This document shows positions 48,201-60,200 of a DNA stretch of 64,000 bases, piece by piece. Origin of the DNA: Lama glama. Its lineage: Eukaryota. The position numbers were made by a program, and so were the translations under genes. The notes under the pieces were generated by a model. That model did no database searches, had not been told where the DNA came from, and saw only the letters and a list, made by a program, of their open reading frames with translations. The stretch lies in the NCBI GenBank assembly GCA_028534125.1, contig CM052842.1:3720001-3784000 (forward strand). Direction: 5' to 3'. Numbering within the stretch: the stretch's first letter is position 1; each line of letters begins with the position of its first letter.

Positions 48201-51200
48201 CGCCCCAAAACGCAGCGCACGGCGCCGGGTCCTGCCTCTGGGCCCCTGGGTGTCGTTTAGGCGAGCTCGGTTCCAGCCACGCCTTCCCTTCCCGACTCAG
48301 TGCCGTCAGGCTGGTGGTGCTCAGCTCCAGGGCTGTCCCTGGCTCCCTAAGGCTTTTCAGACGCAGGCAGCCCCTTCCTTCCCGCCAGCCATGACTGGCG
48401 GCTCCAGTTTAAATGACACCTGGAGTGTGTTGGCATTTTGACTGTATTTTCTGCAGCTTTGGCTTCTTAACTGGGCTCTTTGTTGGGCAGTGGCTCATGC
48501 TCTCCGAGAGTTTCCCTGGGAACGACCTGTCAGGGCTCAGACCCCATGGGGCCCTGGGCTGGCTGTGTGCACCTGGCCTGGCCTGTGCCTGAGCCTCGTT
48601 TACGTAAAGATGAAGGGTTGGTACTGATCCCTGTGTCCTGGGGGTGGGGAAGATGGCCAGCGGAGGCCAGGAGGTGTGATTCTGCACCTTTAGACCCTGC
48701 CCCCTGCCCTCTCGGTTTGGATCACCTGATTCTGATGTTAAGTTCTCCCTGACCTCCCTGCACAGGGCTGAGGACAGCATTGCCTGCGGTGTCCCACCAC
48801 CACATTTTATTTCCTCTGCAGGGTGCCAGGGGCCAAGAAGGTGCACAGGGGACGCCCGGAGCAGCTGGGAACCCCGTGAGTCCTCATGCGCCACCCGGCC
48901 CCCCCACCCCGGGGTCCCACGGGAGGGAGCCTGGGCCGAGCACCTGCCCCTGGGCTCCCAGCTCTCAGCTGACTGTGAGCAAGGGGCCAGGAAGGTGCAG
49001 TCCACACTGCAGGGCTGGCCAGGGCTGGGGCCTTCTGAGCAGTGAGGACCAGAGAACATCTCCACAGCGCTCCCAGCACCTTGGGGCTTTGTCCACGTGC
49101 CAGCCCACGAAGGGAATCGCCTGCCGCACAAACACGGGTGATCCACATGTGGACACACATGGACGCTCTTTCCCAGATGGGTTTGACACTCCTGGAAGTG
49201 TGCCCACGTGCACAGCCGCACCCACACATTCGGAAACCCGGGTGCCCACATACAGTGATGCACACGCACGCGCACACACACACGCGCGCACACACACCCC
49301 TGATGCAGTTCCAGCCAACCCAGGAAGACACACAGACCTTCATTAGACGAGGGTGTCTTTCTCTGCGACTCCGATCTGGACGGTCTGCTCCATTTTCAGT
49401 GTTTCCTTTGCCCCATGCACTTCGGATAGAGGCCAGACGTCACCTAGACCCTCGTGCACGTTATATCCTGGCTTCCTCTGTGCCTGCCCCCGACAGACAC
49501 CACCTCTGCCTCCCCCGTGCCTTGGTCTTGAGGAGCTTCCTAGCATCCTCCTGCCTCCTGCCTCCCACCGCTGGGCCAGAGTCTCACTCACTTGAGGCTT
49601 GGCTGGTAGAGGCGCTGCAGCACTCAGGCAGGGGTTTATCTCACCTGTTGGGGGAGTTTCAGGTTAGAAACGTTTCTGGCAAGTCAGGGGGAACAGAGTG
49701 GAGGTGGGTTTGGAGAGAGCCTGGGGCGACTGCTTGCAGCCAACACGCTGGCCTTTCTAACCTCCTTCCATCTCTGAACAGGGCGCTCCTGGACCTGCAG
49801 GTCCCAGTGGCCCCCCAGGAAGTGCGGTGAGTTATCAGGGTGGGGGGAGAGGGCAGGGACACCAAAACTGGTTGTGGGTCCACCGTGCCCACCCCCCGAG
49901 TTAGCTCACTATCCTCCAGGAAGCTTGGGGGTGTAGGCATCCTCGCTCCCATTTCACAGTTGGGGAAATTGATGTCCCACGGAGTCACCTGGAAAGTTAC
50001 CAGCCTGAAGCTCTGGGTAGCTCGTGAGGTCTCCAGGTGGCCAGCGAGGCGGCTGTAACTGCTGAAAGCCGCGAGCACCACCGATGCTGGAGTCAGCGTC
50101 AGAGGTGCCTTAGAAGGGGCAGAAGCTGAAGGGGCCCTGGCTGTTGGGATGCCCGGGTTCTCGCCCCGGCTCTGTCGCTCACGGGCTGTGGGCCCCTGCC
50201 TGGGGCCCCTGGGGGCCTCTGCTTTTCTGTCTTCAAAACGGAGAGAGCGCGCTGTGGTGGTTCACCTATAACATCCCGCTGCACTGGAAGCATGGACACC
50301 GCCTCTCCCACATGGGCCCCACGGGGCCTGCTAAGGGACCAGCCTGAAGGTCTCTAGACACTGATTTCAGTTTAACGTGTGCAATAAAACGCCCAGTGGC
50401 GTCAGGTCAAGGGCAGCGGAGAGTTGCTCTAAAATAGGTTGAGGTCAGTCCTGTTCAGCCGTCAACCTCCACGTGAAGAATCACAGCAGTTTGGAAGACA
50501 GACCCTGGGCGTAGCCACAGGCCAGGCACCGCTCTCCGTGCTTTGCACGTGTCAGCTCATGAGTCATCCCCTCCCTGGCGGGGGCGTTATTACCACCCCG
50601 TTTTACGCAGGAGGGAGCAGGCACGGGGAGACTGACCTGCCGCTCACGGTTGCCATGATCCTGCTGTGACGTCGCCAGAGTCACGTCGCCCTCCCCACTG
50701 AGTGTGTGCCACAGACTTCCGGGAGCAACGCTGCTTCCCTTTGCCGAGGGTTTCCTCTGGCTTTTAGAGACCTTATTGCCCGGCCCCATGACACGTGGCC
50801 AGAAGCTCCTCCGCCACCAGAAGCAGCCCTGAACGATGGTGTACAAGTGCCCCAGCTCCTTCACCCCAGTGGAGCCGCTCTGAGCACGTGCCTTCATTGG
50901 TCCCCAGAGCCCCCACAGGACTGAGCTCCAGTTACATGAACGTGTCACTACCTGCCTGTCCTCCGCTCTCTTCCCCCCACACTGGTGCACGCGTGGAGCA
51001 CTTGCACCTGAGCCTTGTCTCAAAAGCCAACCTCCAGGGGGCTCTGAAGACACAGGTGGAGCAGGTCTCTGATGCCGAGGCTGGGTTCTTAGGTCACCCT
51101 CGTCCTCCCCGGGTTCCTCTCGGAGCCAGGCCCTGCCTGCCCTTTGAGAGCTACAACCCAGGGCAGGCAGAGCGTCTGGAAGCCCACACCTGGGTGTTGG

Positions 51201-54200
51201 GAGCTCTGATGTGCAAGGCCATGTGAGCAGACTGGGGAGGAACAGCAAAGGCAGGCGGGGAGGAGACAGCAGCAAGGAATTTAAGTCAGGAGTCGGGGAC
51301 AGTGGGGCTGGAGCTGTTGTGGACCAAAAAGGGGCCTTTTCGCCCTCTTCTGGAGGCTGTGAGCCTCTAGACAAGGTCATTCACCTTGTCAATAACCTTT
51401 CTCTCTTCAGGGCCCCCCTGGCATCAGAGGCCCCCCTGGGAAGGATGGCGAGCGCGGGGAGAAGGTAAGACACGGTGTGGTCCCTCGGCTCACAGTGGCT
51501 CTTCTCAGCATCTAGAGAAGAAGGGACGGAGGCAGCTGCTCAGCTTAGCCCTGACTCGGGACCCAGGAGTCAGAAGGGCTTTCTGAGTAGAGGGAGGGAG
51601 GGAGGGAGGAGGCCCTGCCGTCATCTCCTTTAACCCGCGCAGCAGACCTGTGCGTTGGGCGGATCCCCATTTGACAGAGGTGGAGACTGAGGCTCTGAGA
51701 GATCTGTTCATTCGTCCTGCATCCTGTAGCTGCTGAGCCTCAGACCCAGGTCTGTCTGACTCTAGATCTCATTTCCTCTCAGTTCAGTGCACCAGCGTAA
51801 CCGTCCCACGCCTGTGTGCGCAGTTAAACCGTCCCGGGCTATGAGCGTTATTCACTAAGAAGAGAGATTTCCCCAACACACGCACAGAAGCCACCAACAC
51901 CCAGGGCCAGAGACGGAGGCTCCAGGGCCTTTTGAAACCTTTCAGGAGGAGTCTCAGACATTTACTCTGACTTCTGCTGTACTGGCCTCTGGTGGGTGAG
52001 ACCAGAGATTCTGCTAAAAGTCTTACAGCCACAGGACAGCACCCCCTTCTCAACACAGACTATCCACCCCGATGTCAGTAGCGCCAAGGTTGAGAAGCCT
52101 GGACCTCGGGCACCCTCTGGCACCCGAATGTCCTCACCTGTAAAATGGGGAGGACAACTCATTGGTCGTGGGTGGTGAGGATTAACTGAAGCGTTGATGT
52201 ATCGAAGGCGGCTGAGAGCAGGTGGTGCCAGGAGCCGGTGGTCAGTGTCCCGCGCTCCCCGTGCGGACTTCCACACCCAAGGACAGGTACCTCAGCCTCC
52301 CCCAACCCTAACGCGCCGTGCACAGCGGCCGCTCCCACACTCCAGTGTCTGAGCCTGACACGGACCCCTCCCAGTCCACTGTGCCTGGAACCTTTAAAAG
52401 GAGCGGCCATTTTATGTTTTCTGTTTTGGCGAGATGTAACAAGACTGGATGTAAACGTTTGCATTTTGGTCTGAAGGCTCAGCTTTAAAGTGCGTACCTC
52501 AGAGGAGAGCATGGTTTATTGTGGAGAAGAATGATCAGCCAGCCTGTGGGTAATGTCCTGGGTTCTTGGAGCGTTCGTTCACCACGAGCTCAGTAACAAC
52601 CCCTGTGTGATGCACGTGCTCATTTCTCCCTAAGACCCCCTCAGGCTGCAGCAGCGAGAGCGGAGCGAGGGAGGAAACTGGGCCCGTCTGTTCTGCCTTG
52701 ATTATGCCGTGTCTGCGGGGCTGGGCTCCCTCCTAGGACACAAGTAGGGCTCTGGCCACTGAGAGGGAGTTGAGGGGGGTGAGAAGAGGTTTCTGAGGAC
52801 CAGCTGAGCAGAGACTAGAAGGTCAGTGCATTGTTGGCTCACTCAGCCTCTAGGGGGAGCCAAACACCGCTTCTCAGCCGAGCAGACACCCAGGCTGAGG
52901 TCCAAGACCCAGGGCTGCATTTGGAAGGGGACCTCCGATGCTCTGCACAGCGGGAAGCATCCCTGACGCAGGACGTGCCCTTTCTGTCTCACTGTCCAGT
53001 GGCTGGCCTGACGCTTGGGGAAGCCAGTCCTGCCCTGGGCTTGCTTTGGCTCTCCTTGGGACGTCACACCTCACGTCACCTCTGCAGCAGGAGTGTCTAG
53101 AGACAACCGGGGTGCAGCTTAGGCCCACGGGAGCCCTGCCCGGGAGGCGTTCCTGTGGCTCACGTCGTTCCCCCTAGCACTGCGGTCCGCAGCCAGGGCT
53201 GCCACGGGGCCCCTGGCTTTGTGGTCAGAAAGGGTGAGCAGACTCGAAGCCCAGCTCCCTCCCGAATCAGGTCCTGGCTCGCACACGCACGCTCTCTCTC
53301 CCCACTTCGGAGCCCCACGCTGTGCGTGTTCCCGTCGCTGAAGGCCTGCCGCGTGAGGAGGGTTAGCTTTAGTCCGCAGAGCTCCAAGGTGGAATGTCAG
53401 ACGTCTGGGAGATTTCAGAGAAGGTTGTTTTAGCTGAATGTAAAGACACATGATGTAATGAGACTGCCCAATAAAGGGATGAACAGACCTGGGAGGTGGT
53501 GAGCTCTCTGCTCTCAAAGGAGTCCAAGCAGAAATGGGAGGAGGCCTGCCCGTGAGAGCCACGCCTGACGGTTTCCTGCAGAGGGCAAAGGCTGGACTAG
53601 AAGACTGCTAATGTCCTTCCCAGTTCCTTGTTCCTTGGCGTATAGTCTGTTAAAGCCACCGTAACAGAGGACCACAAACTGGAGCCTTAAGCAGCAGACG
53701 CTCACCGTCTCACCGTGCTCCCCGTGTCTGGAAGCCCCGAGTCGTGGGGTCAGCAGGGTTGGCTCCTCCTGGGGCTGCAAGGGAAGACTCTCCCCCAGGC
53801 GTCTCTCCTTGGATTGCTGATGGCTGTCTTCTCCCTGCGTCTTCACTTCCTGTGCGCACGTCTGTGTCCACGTCTCTGTGTCTTATGAGGACACCAGGCC
53901 AGCCCGGCTTAGATTCTGTGCTGCGCCAGCGGGACCTCGTCTTAACTGATTACATCTTCTAAATGGAGTTCCCGGGGGTTAGGGCTTTGGCGTGTGAATT
54001 CTGGGGGACACGCAGTACCGTCCAGCTCTCTCCGCCCTCAGAGGGGGTGGGCTTTCTCAGACGGCATCACTGGGAAGCCTCCCAACCCCATTCAGGTTCG
54101 TTCGCCACCGAGAAGCTTACTGTCTGCATGTCATTGATCCTGGACACTTGTCTGCTTTGCTCTCCAGGGAGCCGTGGGAGAAGAAGGGAGCCCAGGGCCA

Positions 54201-57200
54201 GCTGGCCCCAGGGGCGACCCCGGAGCCCCTGGGCTCCCCGGGCCACCTGGAAAAGGGAAAGATGGAGAGCCGGTAAGTGTCCTGTCCAGGCGTTTCTGTG
54301 CCCATGACGACCGGGCACAGAGAAAAGAAAAAAAAAGGCTCACTGGCCCAACTTTGCAGAACCTGAGTCTTAGCCAGTGAAAGTGTGTGGTCGGGAAGGG
54401 GGCACTGTGTGGGGAGACAGCTTGCTCCAGTGCATTCAGACCAGGGCAGCACTGGCCTGCATGGCCTGCTTGCTGTGTGTCAGGCTCCAGCCCAGATGCT
54501 GGGGACACAGGGTTAAAGTCTGTGATGTTGAGATGCTCCTGAGACAGTGAAGCAAACAGCAAGCCAGAGCTCGGGCAGCCCTGGGGCTTCTCCATCTGTG
54601 TAAGTCTGGGCTAACCTCACATAGGAAATGGCGTTGGTGCTGAAAGTCAAAGTTGAGAAGAAATGATATTTTAGACAAAACAGCAGAGTGGGTGTTCGAG
54701 ACAGATTGTACCTGCAAATGCATGCGGTGTTACGTGCAAGGAGGCTTGCGAACATTTTAGTATGTCCTCCACGTGAAGTGAGACGTGTTAGTAAATTTTG
54801 CTGCAGTAACAAAGAACCTGAAATCTCAGTGGCTTTTGACCCTTAACAGAAGGCCCTTGTGTTACATGTTGATGTCCGTTGGGTTGAGCGCTGGGGCCCT
54901 GCCCCACTTGTCTTCTCAGCCCCAGGCTGAAGAAGAGGTCCATGGCCCCGCCAGCCACGTGTTCCTCACGGAGGAGACGCACGATGACTCTCAAAGCGTC
55001 TGTGGGTGTGATCCGCATCACGTCCGCTCGTGCTGTTGGCCAAAGCAAGCCTCGTGGCCAAGCCCAGCACCGGTGGGGCAGGCACGTTCACTCCCCCGTG
55101 GGACGTCTTGCTAGTCCGCTGGCAGTGGGTGGGCATGTGGATCCTCTCACAGGAAGGGAAGAGTTGGGGCCAGTAATGAAATCTTCCTCATTGGCCAGTG
55201 CCCACTCTGAGCCAGGTTCTGTCCTGACTCTGAAGACAGTGATGATGGTGGCTTTGTCATTCTCAAAAGCTCACGACCTCATAGAGTGGGACAGATGGAC
55301 CTAAGTTCGAGTCAGAACAACCCCCTACCTGTGTGACCTTGGAAAAATGACTGAAATTCGCTGTGCCTGAATCTTTAATCCTAGATGTGAATTTCCTTTT
55401 GCCCTAAAACGTGAGTGATCCTGGCATCTACCTCCCAAGGGCTAAGTGACATGGTACACATAAACCCTTAGCGTGTGGCTCTCAGCCAGCTTTTGTTGTA
55501 CTAGCTAGTGTGGCATTTTCTGTGTACCAGGCACTGAGCACGCCGTCCTTCATCCTCGTGTCTACGCTGAGAAGTGAGAAGTTGTTTTAGTCCATTTGGG
55601 CTGCTATAAGGAAACACCATAAACTGGTGTCTTATGAACAGCAGAAATCTGAGTATCACAGTTCTGGAGGCTGGAGGTCCAGGATCAGGGCATCAGCACG
55701 GCTGGTTCTGGTGGGAGCCCTCTCCTGGTCACACACTGCCGGTTTCTTGCTGTGTCCTCGGGTCGTGAAAGGGGCAGGGAATCTCTATGGAACCTCTTCA
55801 GTAGGGCACTAATCCCATTCAGAGGGCTCCACCCTCGTGACCTAATCACCCTCAAAGGGCCCACCTCCTAACACCATCACAGTGGGCATTAGGGTTTAAC
55901 ATGCAAATTTTGGGGGGAGACCAACATTCAGACCAGAGGTATCATTAAGCCTGTTTTATAGATGGGAGATGTGAGGTTCAGAGAGGAGATTCACTTGCCA
56001 AAACAAAGTCACATGGCCAGAGTGGGAGAGCTTGGCCATTAACCCACAAGGGCCTGGACCTCCCTTCTCCCTGCACTCTGGCTCTTCCAGCCAGTACTTC
56101 CAATGGTAGATTGTGGTTTGAATGCAGGCCGAGTGCACTGCATCAGCAGTTGAAGACTTTGCCCACTGGCTCCTCCAGGTCTTGACAGCACGGGAAATGA
56201 GGAAGAGATCAGTCTTTGGAATCGGGTGAAGCCCTACCTTGAAACCTGAAATCTGGCCTTGCCCTTTCTGAAGGAGTCTGCAAAATAAGACTCTTTAGTA
56301 GGAAAACAAACAGGGAGAGATGGAGGAACTTGCTCAAGGTCACACAGAGCTGGCAGGTGGCAGTCAGAACTCACACCCAAGCGCCTCGGGTCTCAAAAGC
56401 AGGTGGTCTGCTTTGTGCCAGACACATCATGGTGAGAGTCCCGGTCATCTGTGGCTCCCACAGCATAGGGTGCGCACAGCTGGCCACGTGCTGGATGGGG
56501 AAATGCTCGCTTATCGTCCCCTGACTGTCCTCTTACCATTCATTTCCCCAGGGGCTTCGTGGACCACCTGGGTTACCTGGGCTTCTAGGAACCAAGGTGA
56601 GTATTTATGCAGCAAACTGTGGGCACCATGGGTTGCACATAGAAAGGGGCCGTGCAAAACTTAATGGTAAGAATCTCTGGTCACCTCAGTTTTCTTCCAT
56701 GTTTCTCATTTTCCACCCATCTCAAGGTTCTGTGACTCTAAACTGTGACATTGAAGTAGTTTCCACACAATTGGTGCTTAATAGAGCAACATGATCACAG
56801 AGCATGTGGTTTTTGTTGTGTATTAAAGGCTTGTTTTCAATGACATCCAGGATGCGGGACTCAAGGCCCCAGGAATCATGGCCGTGTCTACGTTTAACTT
56901 GTTTGCTCTATGACTTTTTCTGCTGTTCAGGCAGGTGACCTGTGTGAACGCACTGAGCTTGCACTGACTGAGGTCAGAGGGAGGCTAGTGTGCAGTCCCC
57001 TGATGGCGTTCATGTTTGTTGTTCATGATCAAAGGAAAAAGAAATGAGAACGTTCTTTGAGTGATCTAAGCAAATGTTTGGCAGCTCCCTAGTTTCTGAG
57101 GAGAAAAAAAAAATGGAAACAACTTTGCCTGGATTTGAAGGCACATCAGGTAGTTCCTTGTGCCTGGAGCAGTGAGTGCTTGCAGGGCAGTGGGCGCGTG

Positions 57201-60200
57201 CGGGGCGGTGGGCACGTGCGGGTGGGCGTGTGTGGAGGAGCAGGAAGCAGCACCCAGGTTCTGGAGGACCCTGCGAATTAACAGCCGAGTGAAGGTGTTT
57301 GTCAGAGGTTCCTCTGTGACTCAGTGAGCACAGCGCCTGACTGGCAGCCTCCTGTGCTCTCAGGTTTCCCCCGAGAGTAGGACCTTCAGGATCTAGAAGA
57401 AATAAATTGCCTCTTAGAAGAAAGGAAGGCAAGGACACGGGAAGTGGGGTAATGAGAAAGTGGCTTAAGATGTCCTTTCTCTTACGATAATTACTTATGA
57501 GGGTGATAAGTATCTCCCAGGCAGAGTTTAGGAAAAAGTGATATAACACAGATGGAAATGATTGCCTGGCCTCATGGTTGCCTAGTCACAGGTACTCGCT
57601 CTGTAAATATTAGTGATCCTTGTCGCTAGATCACCCCGCGGAGTCTGCCTTAGGGTTGCAGCAAGAAGGTGGGGATCTAGAGAGGCCTGACTCACCCGTC
57701 GGCTCGCTGTTGGAGAGAGGAAGCGCAAGGGGAGTTGGGGGGCAGCCCTGCCGAGCGGAGCCAGGCTGAGAGCCCGGGTGAGGCGTGCGGAGGGCCGGGC
57801 CGTGGGGTCCTGTTGACCAGCTAGTTTCAACTCCGGGGGCTCCTAGTCAGTCACGCTGTCCCTTTGGCCAAAGGAGTCCTCTTTTTAAAAATGTGGGATG
57901 TGTAAACATGACCCTTTCAGTGTTAGTATTGTAAATATTTGTTTCTAAGTTAGAATGTAGTTTAGAGGTTTCCATAATTAACTGGCGCTGGGAAGGTGAG
58001 TTGGGATTCAGAGGTCTTTAGCTGTAGAACTGAGAGCTCCTGGGGAGAAAAGGAGGGAGGGAGGGAGGGAGGGAGGGAGGCAGAGACACAGAGGGTGACC
58101 CCTGAGACTGGTCAGCCCTGTTCCTTGCCCAGGTGCTGTCCCTGGTGCTGACTGAACACACCTGGGGAACCAAGGGAGGGAGCCATATAAAGGTTGTTAG
58201 GGGCACCTGGGTAGCCCTTCCTAACTACTTAACAACTACAGGAAGATATGTGAAGATGCCTTTCCTTCTCTTGGGTGGCACTTGTTTCCTAGCAAAATGA
58301 GCAGGCTTTGCCTTCATACAGAACTGGGTTAGGATCCTAGCTCAGCTGCCTACAAGATAGATGACTTGAAGGCAAGTGGCTCATTCTTTCTGAGACTGTC
58401 CCTTCTCTGTATAAAGGAATAAAGCATATTTAACCCCCAAAGGGCTCCTGCAGATAAGTGTTCTGATGGCACATGGTGGTTGTTCAGTAAATGTCATTCT
58501 CCTTCCACGGCCTCACTCATTTCTTCCCTGAACACTGTTGAACTGGCCCAGAATGTCTTGCAGCCAAAACAGTTACTGCAGTCAGTATTACAGATTATAG
58601 CTCATGTGCCCCCTTTTTTCTAGTTGAGCCCTCTTGGTTTTGCTAACAGAGCATTAAGGTCTTTTGCTATTTTCTTGAAGCCATTTTCTAAAAGTTTCAG
58701 TCCATTAAGCCTCGAAGTGTAGTTCCGGGGCAGGCAGGGAATGTTAGCGTCGCAATGGGCCTTAAACACACAAAGGGAGCTGGGCCTGGCTACCCAGCTG
58801 CAGAGATCAATCAGTGACTCAGATTCCTGCAGGCTGGGAGGTGTCTTTTATTATGCTCCTTTCTCAGTAGAAAGTTGATTTTGGTCAAAAGTAGAATTCA
58901 GTACCTGACAAGACGTGAGTGACGATAGATCCATTCATTCTGGCATTCAGGAATTTGCTATTAGAGGGCTGTGGCAGGCCCTAAACTGGGCCCTGTGGAT
59001 GGAAAAGTGTATGGACTTTGTACCGAAGGTAGGGGCTGACTCCTTTTAAGTACTTGACAAATGTTTATTGGATTAATAAATGAATGAGTGGATAGTTTCT
59101 TCTTTAAGACACTTACACAGAAGTCAGAGAGTCAGACAGACAAAATGGGAGGGCAGAGTGTGTTATGATTAATGAAGATACATACAAATTTCTTCAAGAG
59201 GACAGAGAGGAGGGCAGGCAGAGGTGGGTTTATGGGAATGGAATGACTGGGCCAAGTCCTAATTGGGGGGTGAGTGAGTGGAAGCTTAGAACCTGGAGGA
59301 AAGAACGTCCCCACAAGGGGAAGAGCATGTGCAGGAAGCAGGGATGTGAATGGATACCCTGGAAGAATACAAACTCAGTCATCGGTGTGGTGTAACTTGC
59401 AGTAGTTAGGGTTTTCTGCTGTGCATGAAGCAAAGCCTTGGGAAGAAGAAGGGAGCCAAGCCGAAACAGAAAATGGTAGGGAGAAAATCTGTGTCAAGTG
59501 TCTAAAGAGACATGAGTACAGAACGTCATGGATTTCTCTGATGTTTATGTGTGCGTAGTTTATTCTCTGTCTTCTAGTTCTGTTGATAAAACATAATAAT
59601 GTACTTACAGTACCCCATGGTATATAGTCTCTTACCTTGTAAATGAGTCTACATAAAGTACATGGGGATTTGGTAGAGTGTTCATCCCCCCCCAATTGAT
59701 GAAGGTCTTAAGGTGCAGAGAGGTTATGAGATTTATCCAAGGTCACAGGACCAGACTGACATTGTCCTGTTACCAGCCAAACTCAGGACCACTTGCCTGA
59801 CGCACCGCAAAACTGATCCACTGACAGCAGGTTGTGGCGAAGGAAAAGTACAGCGCTCACTTGCAGGGCGCCAAGCAAGGAGAATGGGCGGCTAGTGCCC
59901 AAGAAGTCTGAATCCCCAGTGGCTTTCAGACAAGGGTTTTTAAAGGCAACTTTAGAGTGAGGGTTGCAGGGTGTGTGACCAGCTCACAGACATTCTTCTG
60001 ATTAGCTGATGGTGAGGTAACAGGGTGATGTGTCAGGAATCTTAATCGTCAGCCTTCTGGTCCCAGCTAGTCTGGGGTCTCCATGCTTGTGGTCAGAGGT
60101 AGTTACTGTCCTCTAACGGGGGGGGGGTCTCAGTTTCTGCAGAACAGCTCACAGGTGGCATCAGATTGTTGTGTACCCCTTGAGAAACTAGGAGGCCTGG

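Noticed and set aside
50481-51380. 299-aa minus-strand ORF, and similar long ORFs (48409-49293, 49042-49830, 32929-33708, 62944-63678, 43951-44664)
   Set aside because: No recognisable domain; Pro/Arg/Gly/Ala-rich translations expected by chance in GC-rich intron; many use non-ATG starts.
52846-52860. Weaker CTCF-like motif (also near 7522 and 53575)
   Set aside because: Mismatches at core positions; expected by chance in GC-rich DNA.
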